64,000 nt of DNA. Source: an uncultured Planctomycetota bacterium. GTDB taxonomy: Bacteria > Planctomycetota > Planctomycetia > Isosphaerales > Isosphaeraceae. The notes beneath the pieces were generated by a model. It was given only the letters and a program-made list of their open reading frames with translations. It searched no databases and was not told the origin of the DNA. The DNA is taken from assembly GCA_963845755.1 (NCBI GenBank), contig CAWJTV010000037.1, forward strand, positions 64,001-128,000, given 5' to 3'. The position numbers and the translations under genes were made by a program. Of the stretch, positions 46,100-56,708 are shown in pieces (positions within the stretch are counted from its first letter, which is position 1; the number at the start of each line of letters is the position of its first letter).

Positions 46100-47206
46100 C
46101 TACCTCTGGAACACCCCCCGGCCGATCGAGGCGGGGTCCGAGGAGACCTTGTCGGCGAAGGTCCGGAGCGAGGCCAGGACCGTCTTGAGCTGGACCAGGG
46201 CCTGGTTGGCCGAGAGGGCCATTCGGTTCAGATTATCGTGCAGCTCGCTGTTCACAATCAGCTTCTGGAGGGTGCCATCGGTGTTCAACTGGCCCCGAGT
46301 GTCGCGGAGTTTGCGGGTTAATAACTCGAGGTCGGACGCGATCAGGTTGACGCGGCGGATGGTCTGGCCGATGTCAGTCGTCGGCGAACGCTTGACGTCG
46401 GAGCCCAGGTCCTTGAGGGCGGGCTGGAGATCGGCGATGCCGGCGTCGATGCGGGCCACGACCTCGGAGAATCGTCGAATACCGACCCGGAGCGATTCCT
46501 GGGTCTGCTCGTCGAGCGTCTTGTCAAGCTTGGCGGCGACCTGGCGGATGTTGGCGATGGCCGGCTTGAATTCCGCTTCATTGGCGTCGATGAATCGGCG
46601 GATCCCCTGGGCGGCGCCGGTGACGTCCTGGCCCGTCGCATTCCAGGTGGTCAAGAGCTTGTCGAGGTTGTCGGCGCTCTTGGTGATCTTCACAAGTCCA
46701 TCGCCGGCGGCCTTGATCGACGCGAGCGTATCTCCGGCCGACTCGAACGCCTTGGTAGCCGCGGCCAGGGCCTTCGACGGATCCGGCGCCACTTCTCCAT
46801 CAATGAACGGGGCGGCGATGGGAGTCCTGCCGGCCGCAATGAATTCGAGACTGGTGCCCGGCAGCATGTCGATCGCCACGTCGCCGATGAGGGAGCGCGT
46901 CAGCCGGGCTTTCGACCCTTCGCGGACGTGATACCGGCGCTCAAGGGCCAGCGTTACGAGCACGCCGTCCGGCTGGTTCGGCCGCTCATCGAAGGCGATC
47001 GCCACCACCTCGCCGATGCGAATCCCGCTCTTGCGCACAGGCACTCCTTCCAGGACCCCCGGCGCCTCGGCATACCGGACTTTCACGTACACCTGGTCGC
47101 GCAGCAGCGAGGGAGATTCCCCGAACCAGACGATCATCATCGTCAGGACCAGCCCGGCCACGATCACGAACATGCCGATTCGGAACTGCATCAGCCGTTC
47201 ATTCAT
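46100..47206 (-). CDS. mlaD: MlaD/MCE family protein
   Basis: FRIGMFV TM; APGVLEGVPVRKSGIRIGEV, SLIGD; helical C-terminus. Confidence 0.9.
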   Translation of the reverse strand: MNERLMQFRIGMFVIVAGLVLTMMIVWFGESPSLLRDQVYVKVRYAEAPGVLEGVPVRKSGIRIGEVVAIAFDERPNQPDGVLVTLALERRYHVREGSKARLTRSLIGDVAIDMLPGTSLEFIAAGRTPIAAPFIDGEVAPDPSKALAAATKAFESAGDTLASIKAAGDGLVKITKSADNLDKLLTTWNATGQDVTGAAQGIRRFIDANEAEFKPAIANIRQVAAKLDKTLDEQTQESLRVGIRRFSEVVARIDAGIADLQPALKDLGSDVKRSPTTDIGQTIRRVNLIASDLELLTRKLRDTRGQLNTDGTLQKLIVNSELHDNLNRMALSANQALVQLKTVLASLRTFADKVSSDPASIGRGVFQR

Positions 47207-47236
47207 AATCAACCTCGTAATCGCTCCGGATCGACG

Positions 47237-48087
47237 CTAATGGGCCTCGTGCCCGGGCGAGGACTTGAGCAGGGCCATCTCGCGCAGGCGTTCGCCGGCC
47301 TCGCCGCGGACGAACTGGCGGACGCGCGGGTCGGGGCAAGATTCCAGGCCCTCGGGCGGCCCGTCATACAGGATCTGCGATTCGCGCGGGCCGAGCCGCG
47401 GCAGTGGGTAGAGCATCACCACCCGGTCCGCGACCTTGGAGACGGTCTTCATGTCGTGCGTGACCACGACCCCGGTCGTCTTCTTGGTCTGCTGGGTCTG
47501 GAGGATCAACTCGTTGATCACGTCGCTCATGATCGGGTCCAGCCCGGTGGTCGGCTCGTCGTACAGCATGACTTCCGGTCCGATGGCCAGCGCCGCGCCA
47601 GGCCGACGCGCTTCCGCTGGCCACCCGAGAGCTCGGCCGGCTTCTTCTGCTCGATCCCGCCCGCCAGTCCCACTTCCTGGAGCCGATCGCTCACGATCCG
47701 GCGGACCTCGTCCTCCCCGCAGAAATGGTGTTCGCGGAGGCCGAATGCCACGTTGTCGAAGACCGTGAGGCTATCGAACAGGGCCGCCATCTGGAACAAG
47801 AACCCGAACCGGAGCCGCATCTTCACCAGCGACTTGCCGTCGAGCCCAGCGACGTCGCGGCCGTCGAACTCCACCTTCCCCTGGCTCGGCTGCAACAGCC
47901 CGATGATCAGCTTGAGCATCACCGTCTTGCCGCAGCCACTCTCGCCGATGATGCAGACCGTCTGGCCGCGGCGGATGACCAGGTCGATCTCGCGGAGGAC
48001 CGATTGTTGCCGGAATCGCATGCTCACCGCGCGCAGCACGATCACGTCGTCAGGCTTGACCCCACCAGCCGCTTCCACTGGGTTCAT
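47237..48087 (-). CDS. mlaF: MlaF-type ABC ATPase (frameshift near 47595)
   Basis: GESGCGKT, FLFQMAALFDSLTV, LSGGQRKRVGLAR | LYDEPTTGLDP, VVVTHD. Confidence 0.9.
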
Positions 48088-48941
48088 AAGAGTCCTTGGG
48101 CCGAGGGCCAGATGGCGTTGTACACGCCGTTCCAGCCGAGCCCGATCACGAAGTCGAGGAACAGGATGACGATGAACGAGAACACGAAGGCCTCGGTGGC
48201 GGCCCGGCCTACCCCCTCGGCGCCCGCGCGGGAGTTGAATCCCCGATGGCAACTGATCAGGGCGATCCCGGCGCCGAAGAAGTAACTCTTGAACACACCG
48301 GCGAAGATATCCAGACTGTCCACGAAATCGCGGGTGTGCTTCCAGTAGGCGAACGAGTCGACATTGAGGATCTGGGTGCTCACGACCGCACCGCCAATGA
48401 CACCCATGAAGTCGCCCATCAGGGTCAGGAGCGGGATCAGCAGGACGCACGCGAGGAACCGCGGGACGACCAGGTAGTAGATGGGATTGGTCCCCAGCGC
48501 CGAGAGCGCGTCGATCTGTTCGGTCACGCGCATCGTCCCCAGTTCGGCAGCCATGCTGGATCCGACCCGTCCCGCGAGCATGGTCGCGGCCAGGACCGGT
48601 CCCAACTCCTTGACGATCGAGATATTGATCACCGACCCCAGCCGGGTCGCCAGTCCCATCATGGCGAACTGATGATGCGCCTGCACCGCCAGCACCATGC
48701 CGATGAAGGTCCCGGTGATCGCCACCACCGAGACACTCTTGACGCCGATCGCATAGAAGATCGGCACGAGGACCGACCATCGCGACCGTCGCCGGACGAT
48801 CCAGACCAGGGTCATCACCGAGAAATGCGCGACGTCGCCGATCTCCGCGACGGCGTCGAAGACTTGTTCGCCCAGGCGATGGACCGGGCTCGTACCGGAT
48901 TCCATCGCCTGCGCCGGGGCTTGCAGAGGGGCAACCGCCAT
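48084..48941 (-). CDS. mlaE: MlaE ABC permease
   Basis: KELGPVLAA, AGRVGSSMAAELGTMRVTEQIDAL, YLVVPR, GAEGVGRA. Confidence 0.95.
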   Translation of the reverse strand: MAVAPLQAPAQAMESGTSPVHRLGEQVFDAVAEIGDVAHFSVMTLVWIVRRRSRWSVLVPIFYAIGVKSVSVVAITGTFIGMVLAVQAHHQFAMMGLATRLGSVINISIVKELGPVLAATMLAGRVGSSMAAELGTMRVTEQIDALSALGTNPIYYLVVPRFLACVLLIPLLTLMGDFMGVIGGAVVSTQILNVDSFAYWKHTRDFVDSLDIFAGVFKSYFFGAGIALISCHRGFNSRAGAEGVGRAATEAFVFSFIVILFLDFVIGLGWNGVYNAIWPSAQGLL

Positions 48942-49264
48942 CGCCAGGTTCTCTCCGACGGGGCACAAGGATCGACAGTGGGACCGTCCTCCCGGCTATC
49001 CCACCGCCAGGCCTGCACCGACGGCGATCCGGCCTCCCCTGCCGACTACTCCCCAACGGTCATTCTGGGCATTCCCCCGGTTCTTGGCAAGGTCGACTGC
49101 ATGGTCACGGCCGCGCAATTCCCACACGTCGGAACCCGCCGCGGAACTCCATTCGCCGAGCGAACTTGCCGCTGGACGGCTTGAGGCCGTATCCGCGCGA
49201 GCCCCACGCCGCGGCAGACTCGACACCTGCCTCGCCTGGCGTTAAGTCGGCTGGACGCGAGCAA

Positions 49265-51251
49265 TCATGCACGCATTATTGGCAGCGTGCAATCGCACGT
49301 GAAAACCTCCCGGGTCTTGTGGGCCCACCAGGCCGACTCTGGCAGCCATGCTACGCGCAATTTGAGGTCAAGGGCCCGATCCAACTTCCGTTCCAGTTCA
49401 TCCAACCGCTCGAGGATCCTGGCATTCGGGGCTCGAGCATCCTTCTCATCGAGGAGCCGTTGGAGTTGTCGCTCGACCTCGCTCAATCGCTCATCGAGAC
49501 TGAGCTTGGACTTGCTCGGCGCGGGGACATCAGTGAGCCGCGATGGTTTTGCCATGGGGCCGAGATCCACGTCAACGCGTACGAAGGCCCCGGCCTTGTA
49601 GCGACCTTGCGGGTTGGGGATCGTGGTGCGGAACTTCGCCATCCGCGTCTCGGGATTGATCGTCCTATCCACGTAGTCGACCTTGGCGGCCATCACCCGT
49701 TGCGAGGCGAATGGAAAGATGACCTTCACGGCCTGTCCGACCATGACGTACTCGGCGTCGGTTTCGCTGACGTTCACAGTGATATAAAGACGGTCAAGTG
49801 GGGTGATGATCATTAACTCGTCCTTCCCCTCATAGTAATTCCCCGTCACGACGGTCCTCTTGACGACAATGCCGTCGGCACGCGACCGCAGGATGAACTT
49901 GCCTTTCTGCAGGGTGTGCTCATTGGGGGCGTTCGTGATCTCTTCTTCAGTCAGGCCATACCCCAGGAGCTTATCCTTGGCGATCCTCATCTTCAGCCGG
50001 CTGCGGGCCTCGTTGTCCTCGACGTCGAACAGCTCCTTCTTGGGAAGGGTGTTCTCCTTGGCCAGTGGAACCTTGTAATCGTAATTTCTCTTGTCGTGCT
50101 TCCACTGGGTGCACGCCAGTTCGTATTCGCTCACGGCCGCGGCCAGGTCGCTGCTGGTTACCTTCAGCAGCGGGTCGCCGTGCTTCACCGTCGCACCCAG
50201 GTCCACGAGGACATCGTCGACGCGGCAATTATCGATGAGCGAGCGGACGACCGTCAGCTTGGAGGGATCGTAGGCGGTGGTGCCGTGGAGGCGAAGCACC
50301 GTGGGCTGAGAATCATCCTTGGCGGGCGTTGACACGGGACCGGCCTGGTCATCGCCTCGCGGCGTCCGAGCGGTTTGGCGGGCGAGGACCATGGCACCCA
50401 CGCCGAGGGCCATCACTCCCAACAGGGCGATTGCTGCAACTCTCAACTTATTCAGCAACATGCTTTTCAAAACTCCCTGTGTGATCGCGAATACGTGGGA
50501 AGACGCGAATCCACCGTCGCCGACTCCGGAGACGAACCCGGACGCTGACCGGGTGGTCGAGTCCAGCAAGACTCGAGGAAGTTCGGCGATCTCCGAAGGT
50601 CGAAATGGCTCGCTCGGAACCCATGGCATGGCCGTCCAACCGTAGCGTTCCAGGCGCCATCGGAGCTGGTCGCGGGCACGCGCGAGCCGGGTCTTCACGG
50701 TCCCGACCGGCCAGCCGAGTCGGCCTGCCGCCTGCTCATGCGTCAGGCCCTCGAGGTAACACATTACGATGGGAATCCGGTACTTCTCCGGGAGTCGAGC
50801 AATCTCGCCATGAAGCTCGGGCCAGTGCTCTGATGAGTTCGACCTCGACGGAGCCCGCATGAGCCCGGACGATCGCGCCTTGCCGTTCGTGCCGATGCCG
50901 TCGCGCCTCGGACATCCGGATGCGCGCGGCCACCCGGCAGGCGACGCCGAACAGCCAGCTTCCCACGGAATCATGCTTGCGAATCGAACGAGCCCGCCGA
51001 GCCAGCACCAGGAATGTGGCCTGGAACGCATCCTCGGCCGCGTGTCGATCCCTGAGTGCCTGCTCGCAAACGCGTAGGACCATCGAACCATGGCGCTCGA
51101 CCAGAGCCTTGAACGCGGCCTCCCTCGACTCGGGTCCACCCTGAAGGAACCGCTCCAGCAGGTCGCGATCAGACAACCCCACCGAGGTCCCTGCCGTGAA
51201 CAGGATCCGGACCTGATCGTATACTGTTCCCGATCCTGAGCGTTCGGGCAT
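49265..51251 (-). CDS. ECF sigma factor fused via a TM helix to an RND efflux periplasmic adaptor (MFP) domain (frameshift near 50835)
   Basis: Sigma2 ([24 protein letters not shown]) in ORF 50736..51251. Sigma4 ([23 protein letters not shown]), TM and MFP ([46 protein letters not shown]) all lie in one frame. Confidence 0.85.
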
Positions 51252-51439
51252 GAATGCGACTCCTGACCGCTTGACCGTGGTTGCTTCATATAGTGTCCCG
51301 AACGTACGCTCACCGATTCAGGCTTCCCGTCTTTTTCCCGCGGAGACTCGCGGACGAAAGCGGACTTCCTCCTGACGTCCCTTGCATGAGGCAGGCGCGA
51401 TCGTTCACCGACCGCGCACCCGAGCTAATCCCCCGGTGC

Positions 51440-51465
51440 GAGAAAAATTTCAAGAAATTTTTCTC
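51440..51465. promoter_or_regulatory. AT-rich perfect 12-bp inverted repeat gagaaaaatttc-aa-gaaatttttctc
   Basis: Seen directly, about 190 nt upstream of the sigma-MFP gene. Confidence 0.55.
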
Positions 51466-51778
51466 TATATATTGTAAGGACTTAAGTCAAAAAAAAGGGC
51501 CGTTTCCAGCGAAATGCGTTAACATTTTCTCAAAGTTGCGGCATCCTCAATCATAGGGGCGTCGTTCTTGAAACCTGGGAGGTCACCTGGCCGTGTGGTC
51601 CGCCGAGTGTCGCCCCGAGTCGATGACAGCACGCGTGATCGCGCCGGATTCGCACTGACGAATGGATGTAATCACGCACGCCTGATTGGTTGTAAGGGTT
51701 CATTGTTGCATGCTTGGTGTTATTCAGGTCCTGCCAAAGAGGCTGAGATGCCTCTTGGCCCACTTGAAAAGCCGACGA

Positions 51779-51876
51779 ACGAACCCAATTGACCGCGCGA
51801 CTTGTGGCAGGATTTCGAAAACGAACCCAACCAAGTGCGAGCCGACATCGAAAACTCGAAAAACGAACCCAATTGA
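51779..51876 (+). repeat. Three ACGAACCCAA repeats at an exact 42-bp period
   Basis: Copies at 51779, 51821 and 51863 with dissimilar intervening sequence. Confidence 0.8.
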
Positions 51877-52302
51877 GCGGCCGCCCTGTCTCGATATCCG
51901 ATCTATGATCGCGACAAGTTGTGTAGATTGCCTGAACAATGAGACTCGAAAAATCGTTGCATTTATTTTAGTAACGCCAGACTACCTAATTATCTCAATC
52001 CTCAATTTCCTCTCAATCGGGAGAACCTTACGGCGGGATTAGGAGTGATCGACGAGGCCGCTGTTCGTGAGGCAGCCTTCAGCGTCTCCGGAATCGCAGG
52101 GATCTGGCGAAAGCGAAGTGTGTGTTTTCAGGATTGCATGGATTTGATCGAACGCAACCGGATGGGACTCGTTGAGACCCGACTTGTGCTCTCAAGCGTG
52201 TACGAGACGCCTCATAGGGTGGGTTGATAGCTGCACCGCGGGGTGAGGCCGACTGAGATTCCCGGCGAATACGAACGTCAGGCGACCGTCACGGGCAGCC
52301 TT

Positions 52303-53433
52303 TCAGAATCCCATCTCGTCGAGTCGATGCTCGAGCATGGCCTCGATCATCTGCGCGGTTTGGCGGTAGGTTTCGTGATCGGAGCCGACAGGATCGACGA
52401 CGTCTGCTCCGCCCGGATCGAGCAGGAAGGTGCGATGTTCGACCTCGGGGACGGCTGCGAGGAGGGATTCGAGATGGTTGACGGTCATGGCGAAGATGCA
52501 GTCGGCCTGACGCACCAGATTCACGGCGATCTTGCGACTGCGGTGGTGCTCGAGCGATCCTCCGAGGGCCCGGACGACGTCGATGGCATGAGCCGCCGCC
52601 GGCACACCATTGCTTGCGGCCACTCCGGCGGATCGGATCAGATACCCACGTTGCTCCAGGTCCGAGACCTGGCAGCCAAGCCTCCGGGCCAGGAGGAGCT
52701 TGCAAATGGCCTCGGCCATGGCACTGCGACAGGTGTTGCCCGTGCAGACGAACAGGATGATCAGGCAGGAGGCTTGCATGAGGGTTGCGGCGTCAACGAC
52801 CCCCGGGCGTTCGATGGACCACGCCTCTTCGTCGATCCTGACCACAGTGGCTAACTGTCCGTACCGCGTTGGACCGGCGTCGATGACCATGTCCAGACCC
52901 GCGAGGCCACGAAGCGGGTCGGCCGTGATGGGGACAGGGTGCTCGGGGGTCGCCACCATCGCGATGACCAGGGGCGCCGGCAGCAGCCGTAGCACGTCTC
53001 GGACGATCGGATGCGACGGGCTCCTTAGTGCGATGTCGCCGGAAGCGGAGATCAAGGCACGGACATCACTGGGCAGGCGTTCATACAGCCCATCTGACAA
53101 GGTCCCGGAGAAGATCAATGTGACCGGCCCAGGCCAGAGACGCCCGGCCAGCCGGCGGCCCAACTCGGAGATTCGCGGCACCCAGTCGGTAACCTCTTCG
53201 GGCCCTTTCAGGAGTAAAGTCAGAGGACGGTGCGGATCCGAGGTGCGCATCGCCTTGACCCGGGCGACGCTCCGGGCATCCAGGGCGCTGGCCACCAGGC
53301 CGTAGACCGTCTCGGTCGCCAGGCCCACCAGGCCCCCCTGTGCCAGGCAGGCGACCGCACGATGAACCACATCCCGGAGGTCATCCACCTGCGATACATC
53401 GATCCACTGCGGCGAAACCGGTTCGTCACTCAT
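52303..53433 (-). CDS. Sua5/TsaC-like domain fused to a low-molecular-weight protein phosphatase (YwlE-like)
   Basis: ATETVYGL, LWPGPVTL, IALRSPSHP; FVCTGNTCRS P-loop, VVDPVG. Confidence 0.9.
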   Translation of the reverse strand: MSDEPVSPQWIDVSQVDDLRDVVHRAVACLAQGGLVGLATETVYGLVASALDARSVARVKAMRTSDPHRPLTLLLKGPEEVTDWVPRISELGRRLAGRLWPGPVTLIFSGTLSDGLYERLPSDVRALISASGDIALRSPSHPIVRDVLRLLPAPLVIAMVATPEHPVPITADPLRGLAGLDMVIDAGPTRYGQLATVVRIDEEAWSIERPGVVDAATLMQASCLIILFVCTGNTCRSAMAEAICKLLLARRLGCQVSDLEQRGYLIRSAGVAASNGVPAAAHAIDVVRALGGSLEHHRSRKIAVNLVRQADCIFAMTVNHLESLLAAVPEVEHRTFLLDPGGADVVDPVGSDHETYRQTAQMIEAMLEHRLDEMGF

Positions 53434-53718
53434 CGGACCCCGTCCGGTATCAAGTGCCATCCCGCAAACCAACGGCCGGAGCGGGGCGTCCACGCCAATC
53501 GGCGTGGCTTTCAGCCTCGCCCAGGCGACTGTCTCGCTTACTCTACGAACCCGCTCGACATCCGGTCAACCATCTCGCTCGTCCGCTACAGACAAAGTCA
53601 GCCGGACGAACGACGATTGCGTCGTCTCGTCCATCGGAGCAACCATGCAGAAGCGAATCCTGGACAACCGACCTTGCGGATGGCGAGTCGATTTCCTTGC
53701 AACATTGGTGGACGGGCG

Positions 53719-54003
53719 TCAGAAGAGAAGCGTCAGGCCCTTGACCTCTCGGATCTCGGCGTAGATGGCCCGAACTTGCTCCGCAGTTTGCACGGTGATA
53801 TCCAGGGTCACCGCCAGGTGACGGCCTCCCGGGGTACTTCGCACCGAGTAATCGAGATCCGAACGCGCCGCGAGATGCGAGTAAACGGCCTCGACCACCC
53901 GGGACTCGAAGTCATCGTCGGCTCGTCCGATCGCCTTGATCTTATAGACACCGGGAAAGAAGTGGATCGATTCCAGGAGATCGACCGAAGGACGATGATC
54001 CAT
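53719..54003 (-). CDS. YbeD/DUF493 family protein
   Basis: FPGVYKIKAIG...STPGGRHLAVT...AEQVRAIY. Confidence 0.88.
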   Translation of the reverse strand: MDHRPSVDLLESIHFFPGVYKIKAIGRADDDFESRVVEAVYSHLAARSDLDYSVRSTPGGRHLAVTLDITVQTAEQVRAIYAEIREVKGLTLLF

Positions 54004-54525
54004 GGCCCGCTCTCGGGGATTGAAGGAACATGCGGCATCGCTCTTCCATCATACGGCGGTTCCGGACGTTCGCCAAATCCGCCTCTCGGAATCCTCATCG
54101 GCTCTGCCAATAGATTCTCGAGAGCAAGAATCAGAATCCATCGAGTCAATGCTTGCGGACTCACACTAAAAGGTAGACCATGGCATGGATCGACGATTGG
54201 ATGTGGGACCAGTTCGCCACGGAGAACCTGGCCGCCGGGTGGCGCCGGTACCTCGATCTCGAGGGCGCGCGAATCAGAGGCGGCGAGCGATCGAATATCC
54301 GCGGATTCTCGAATTCCTCGAAGAACGGAACCACAAGCCAGGACGTAGAATGAGAGTGGATTCGGGCGTGCGATCCGTGCCCAAGGCAGAATCACCGCAC
54401 GGATTCGGCACGATTTAAGCGACTGAGAAGCGAAAGGCGTCGAAACAGACCTGCCGGTTCAAGCCGGCTGGAAATACCTCCGCAGACACTACACGTTGCG
54501 TGGAATCACCAGATCGGAGGAGGCC

Positions 54526-56700
54526 ATGACCACAATGCGGAAAGGCTTCGGAATCCTGCTCGCAGTCCCCTTGACGTTGCTGTTCGCCGGGCGAGTGGAC
54601 GCAGCGCACGGTGGCGGTGGTCATGGTGGTGGAGGCCATGGTGGCGGCGGGGGACATATGGGCGGCGGGGGACATATGGGCGGCGGGTTCCATGGCGGCG
54701 GTGCGCACTTCGGTGGTGGATTCGCCGGTGGTGGATTCCGTGGTGGGGCAGTCCATGCGCCCTCGATGGGGATGGGTCGGATGCCCTCGATGGGAATGGG
54801 GCGTGCGCCTTCGATGGGAATGGGTCGGATGCCCTCGATGGGAATGGGGCGTGCGCCATCGATGGGGATGGGTCGGATGCCCTCGGTGGGAATGTCTCGC
54901 GGTATGGGCACGAGTGCTGCCATGCGGCCGGGTTCGATCGGATCAATGGGCGCGATGGGTCGGAACTCGTACGGGATCGGCGGTCGTTCGATCGGCTCGA
55001 TGGCCGGTATGGGCCGTGGCTCTTATGGTGTCGGTGGTCGTGCGCCGATTAACTCTGCGGGGAACCTGGCGGCGCACAACCCGTATGCTCTGGGAGGTCG
55101 TGCACCGATCAACTCGGGAACGCGCATGGGTGCCATGGCCGGCCTCGGGCGCGGAGGAATTACCAATCGCGCCGGAGTCGGCGTCAATTCCACCTCAATC
55201 AATCGCGCGGGTTTTTCCAATCGATCGATCGCAGTCAATCGGGCCAGCAACACGGTTAATTCGTTCAATAACGGCCGCAACACGTTCGTCGGCGGCAATT
55301 CGTTCGGGGGCATCAATCAAGGTTGGCTTCACGGACGCTGGGGCGGTTATGGCAACGGTGGTTTTGGCCGCGGATATGGTTACGGCGGTTATGGTTACGG
55401 CCGCGGGTTCGGTTACGGCGGCTACGGCCTCGGTGGGCTGGGATATGGGGGGTTGGGTCTCGGACTGGGTTACGGCCTGGGTCTGGGACTCGGCTTTGGG
55501 CTTGGCTACGGTGGCCTCGGTCTCGGTTACGGGCTCTTCGGGCTCGGTGGCTATGGGATGGGTGGCTATGGTGGCTATGGTGGGTACGGTGGCTATGGTG
55601 GCTATGGTGGGTACGGCGGCTATGGTGGGTACGGTGGCTATGGTGGGTACGGTGGCTATGGTGGGTACGGTGGCTATGGCCTGAACTCCTGGATGTACGG
55701 ACCGTCGATTTACGACTGGGGCTATTCGAGCTATCTCAACCCCTATGCCTACAATAACTATGTGCCAACGTCGTACTTGGTGGGCCAGACTGCGGCCTAT
55801 GACTACACCCAGCCGATCAACAGTCTCGCCGCACCCCCGGATCCCGGGGTGACCAGCCAGGCCGTCGCGAGCTTCGACGCAGCACGAGCGGCCTTCAAGT
55901 CGGGTGATTATTCGCGTGCATTGGATCTGACCGACCAGGCGATCCGCCAGATGCCCAACGATGCGGCACTTCACGAATTCCGGGCTCTGGTCCTCTTCGC
56001 CCTCCAACGCTACGACGATTCGGCGTCGGCACTTTATGCCGTATTGACGGCCGGACCGGGCTGGGATTGGGCCACACTCTCGGGACTTTATCCTAATGTC
56101 TCGGTGTACACCCAGCAGCTACGTGCACTGGAGAGCTTCTGCGGACAGAATGCCAACTCGGCATCGGGCCGGTTCGTGCTCGCTTACCACTACTTGACCC
56201 AGGGGCATACACTCGCGGCCCTCCAGATGTTGAAGCAGGTCGCCGCACTGCAACCGCAGGATAATCTCTCGAGGCAGTTGACGCAGCAGATCGATCCGGG
56301 GTCGGCAAACGGCCCCGCGGCGCCGTCAGCCGGATCCTCCGCCCCATTGTCTCCACCGCCATCGCCGCAGCCGGGAACGTCAGTCCTGGCACCGACTGCT
56401 CTCGCGGCGGGCAAGGAGGGTCGGCTGGAAGGAACCTGGACGGCTCAACCCGACCAGAATACGACGATAACGGTCACATTCCCGGACGCCGGACATTTCA
56501 CCTGGTCGGTCACGCATCAGGGCCAGAGCCGGCAACTCCAGGGGAAGTTGACCTATGGAAACGGCATCCTGACGCTGGCCCAGGATCAGGGCCCCGCCAT
56601 GGTGGGAAACATGACCTGGAGCGATGAGACGCATTTCCAGTTCAAGCTGCCGGGCGCCGGTCCGGGAGACCCGGGACTATCCTTCTCGAAGTCAAACTGA
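54526..56700 (+). CDS. Secreted Gly/Tyr/Met-rich low-complexity protein with TPR and C-terminal beta domain
   Basis: Signal peptide; GGH, PSMGMGR and GGY repeats; FDAARAAFKSGDY, LHEFRALVLFA, GPGWDW, FVLAYHY. Confidence 0.88.
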   Translation: MTTMRKGFGILLAVPLTLLFAGRVDAAHGGGGHGGGGHGGGGGHMGGGGHMGGGFHGGGAHFGGGFAGGGFRGGAVHAPSMGMGRMPSMGMGRAPSMGMGRMPSMGMGRAPSMGMGRMPSVGMSRGMGTSAAMRPGSIGSMGAMGRNSYGIGGRSIGSMAGMGRGSYGVGGRAPINSAGNLAAHNPYALGGRAPINSGTRMGAMAGLGRGGITNRAGVGVNSTSINRAGFSNRSIAVNRASNTVNSFNNGRNTFVGGNSFGGINQGWLHGRWGGYGNGGFGRGYGYGGYGYGRGFGYGGYGLGGLGYGGLGLGLGYGLGLGLGFGLGYGGLGLGYGLFGLGGYGMGGYGGYGGYGGYGGYGGYGGYGGYGGYGGYGGYGGYGGYGLNSWMYGPSIYDWGYSSYLNPYAYNNYVPTSYLVGQTAAYDYTQPINSLAAPPDPGVTSQAVASFDAARAAFKSGDYSRALDLTDQAIRQMPNDAALHEFRALVLFALQRYDDSASALYAVLTAGPGWDWATLSGLYPNVSVYTQQLRALESFCGQNANSASGRFVLAYHYLTQGHTLAALQMLKQVAALQPQDNLSRQLTQQIDPGSANGPAAPSAGSSAPLSPPPSPQPGTSVLAPTALAAGKEGRLEGTWTAQPDQNTTITVTFPDAGHFTWSVTHQGQSRQLQGKLTYGNGILTLAQDQGPAMVGNMTWSDETHFQFKLPGAGPGDPGLSFSKSN
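54760..54900 (+). repeat. 24-bp coding tandem repeat (PSMGMGR[M/A]) x~6
   Basis: Seen in both DNA and protein. Confidence 0.85.
55561..55677 (+). repeat. 9-bp coding tandem repeat (GGY)x13
   Basis: ggtggctat/ggtgggtac units. Confidence 0.9.
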
Positions 56701-56708
56701 CCTGGGTT

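Noticed and set aside
51779..51876. CRISPR array
   Set aside because: The conserved unit is only 10-14 bp, there are three copies and no cas genes; kept as a repeat finding
51568..52227. Small ORFs in the AT-richer gap
   Set aside because: Codon usage unlike genuine genes, no clear RBS and no motifs
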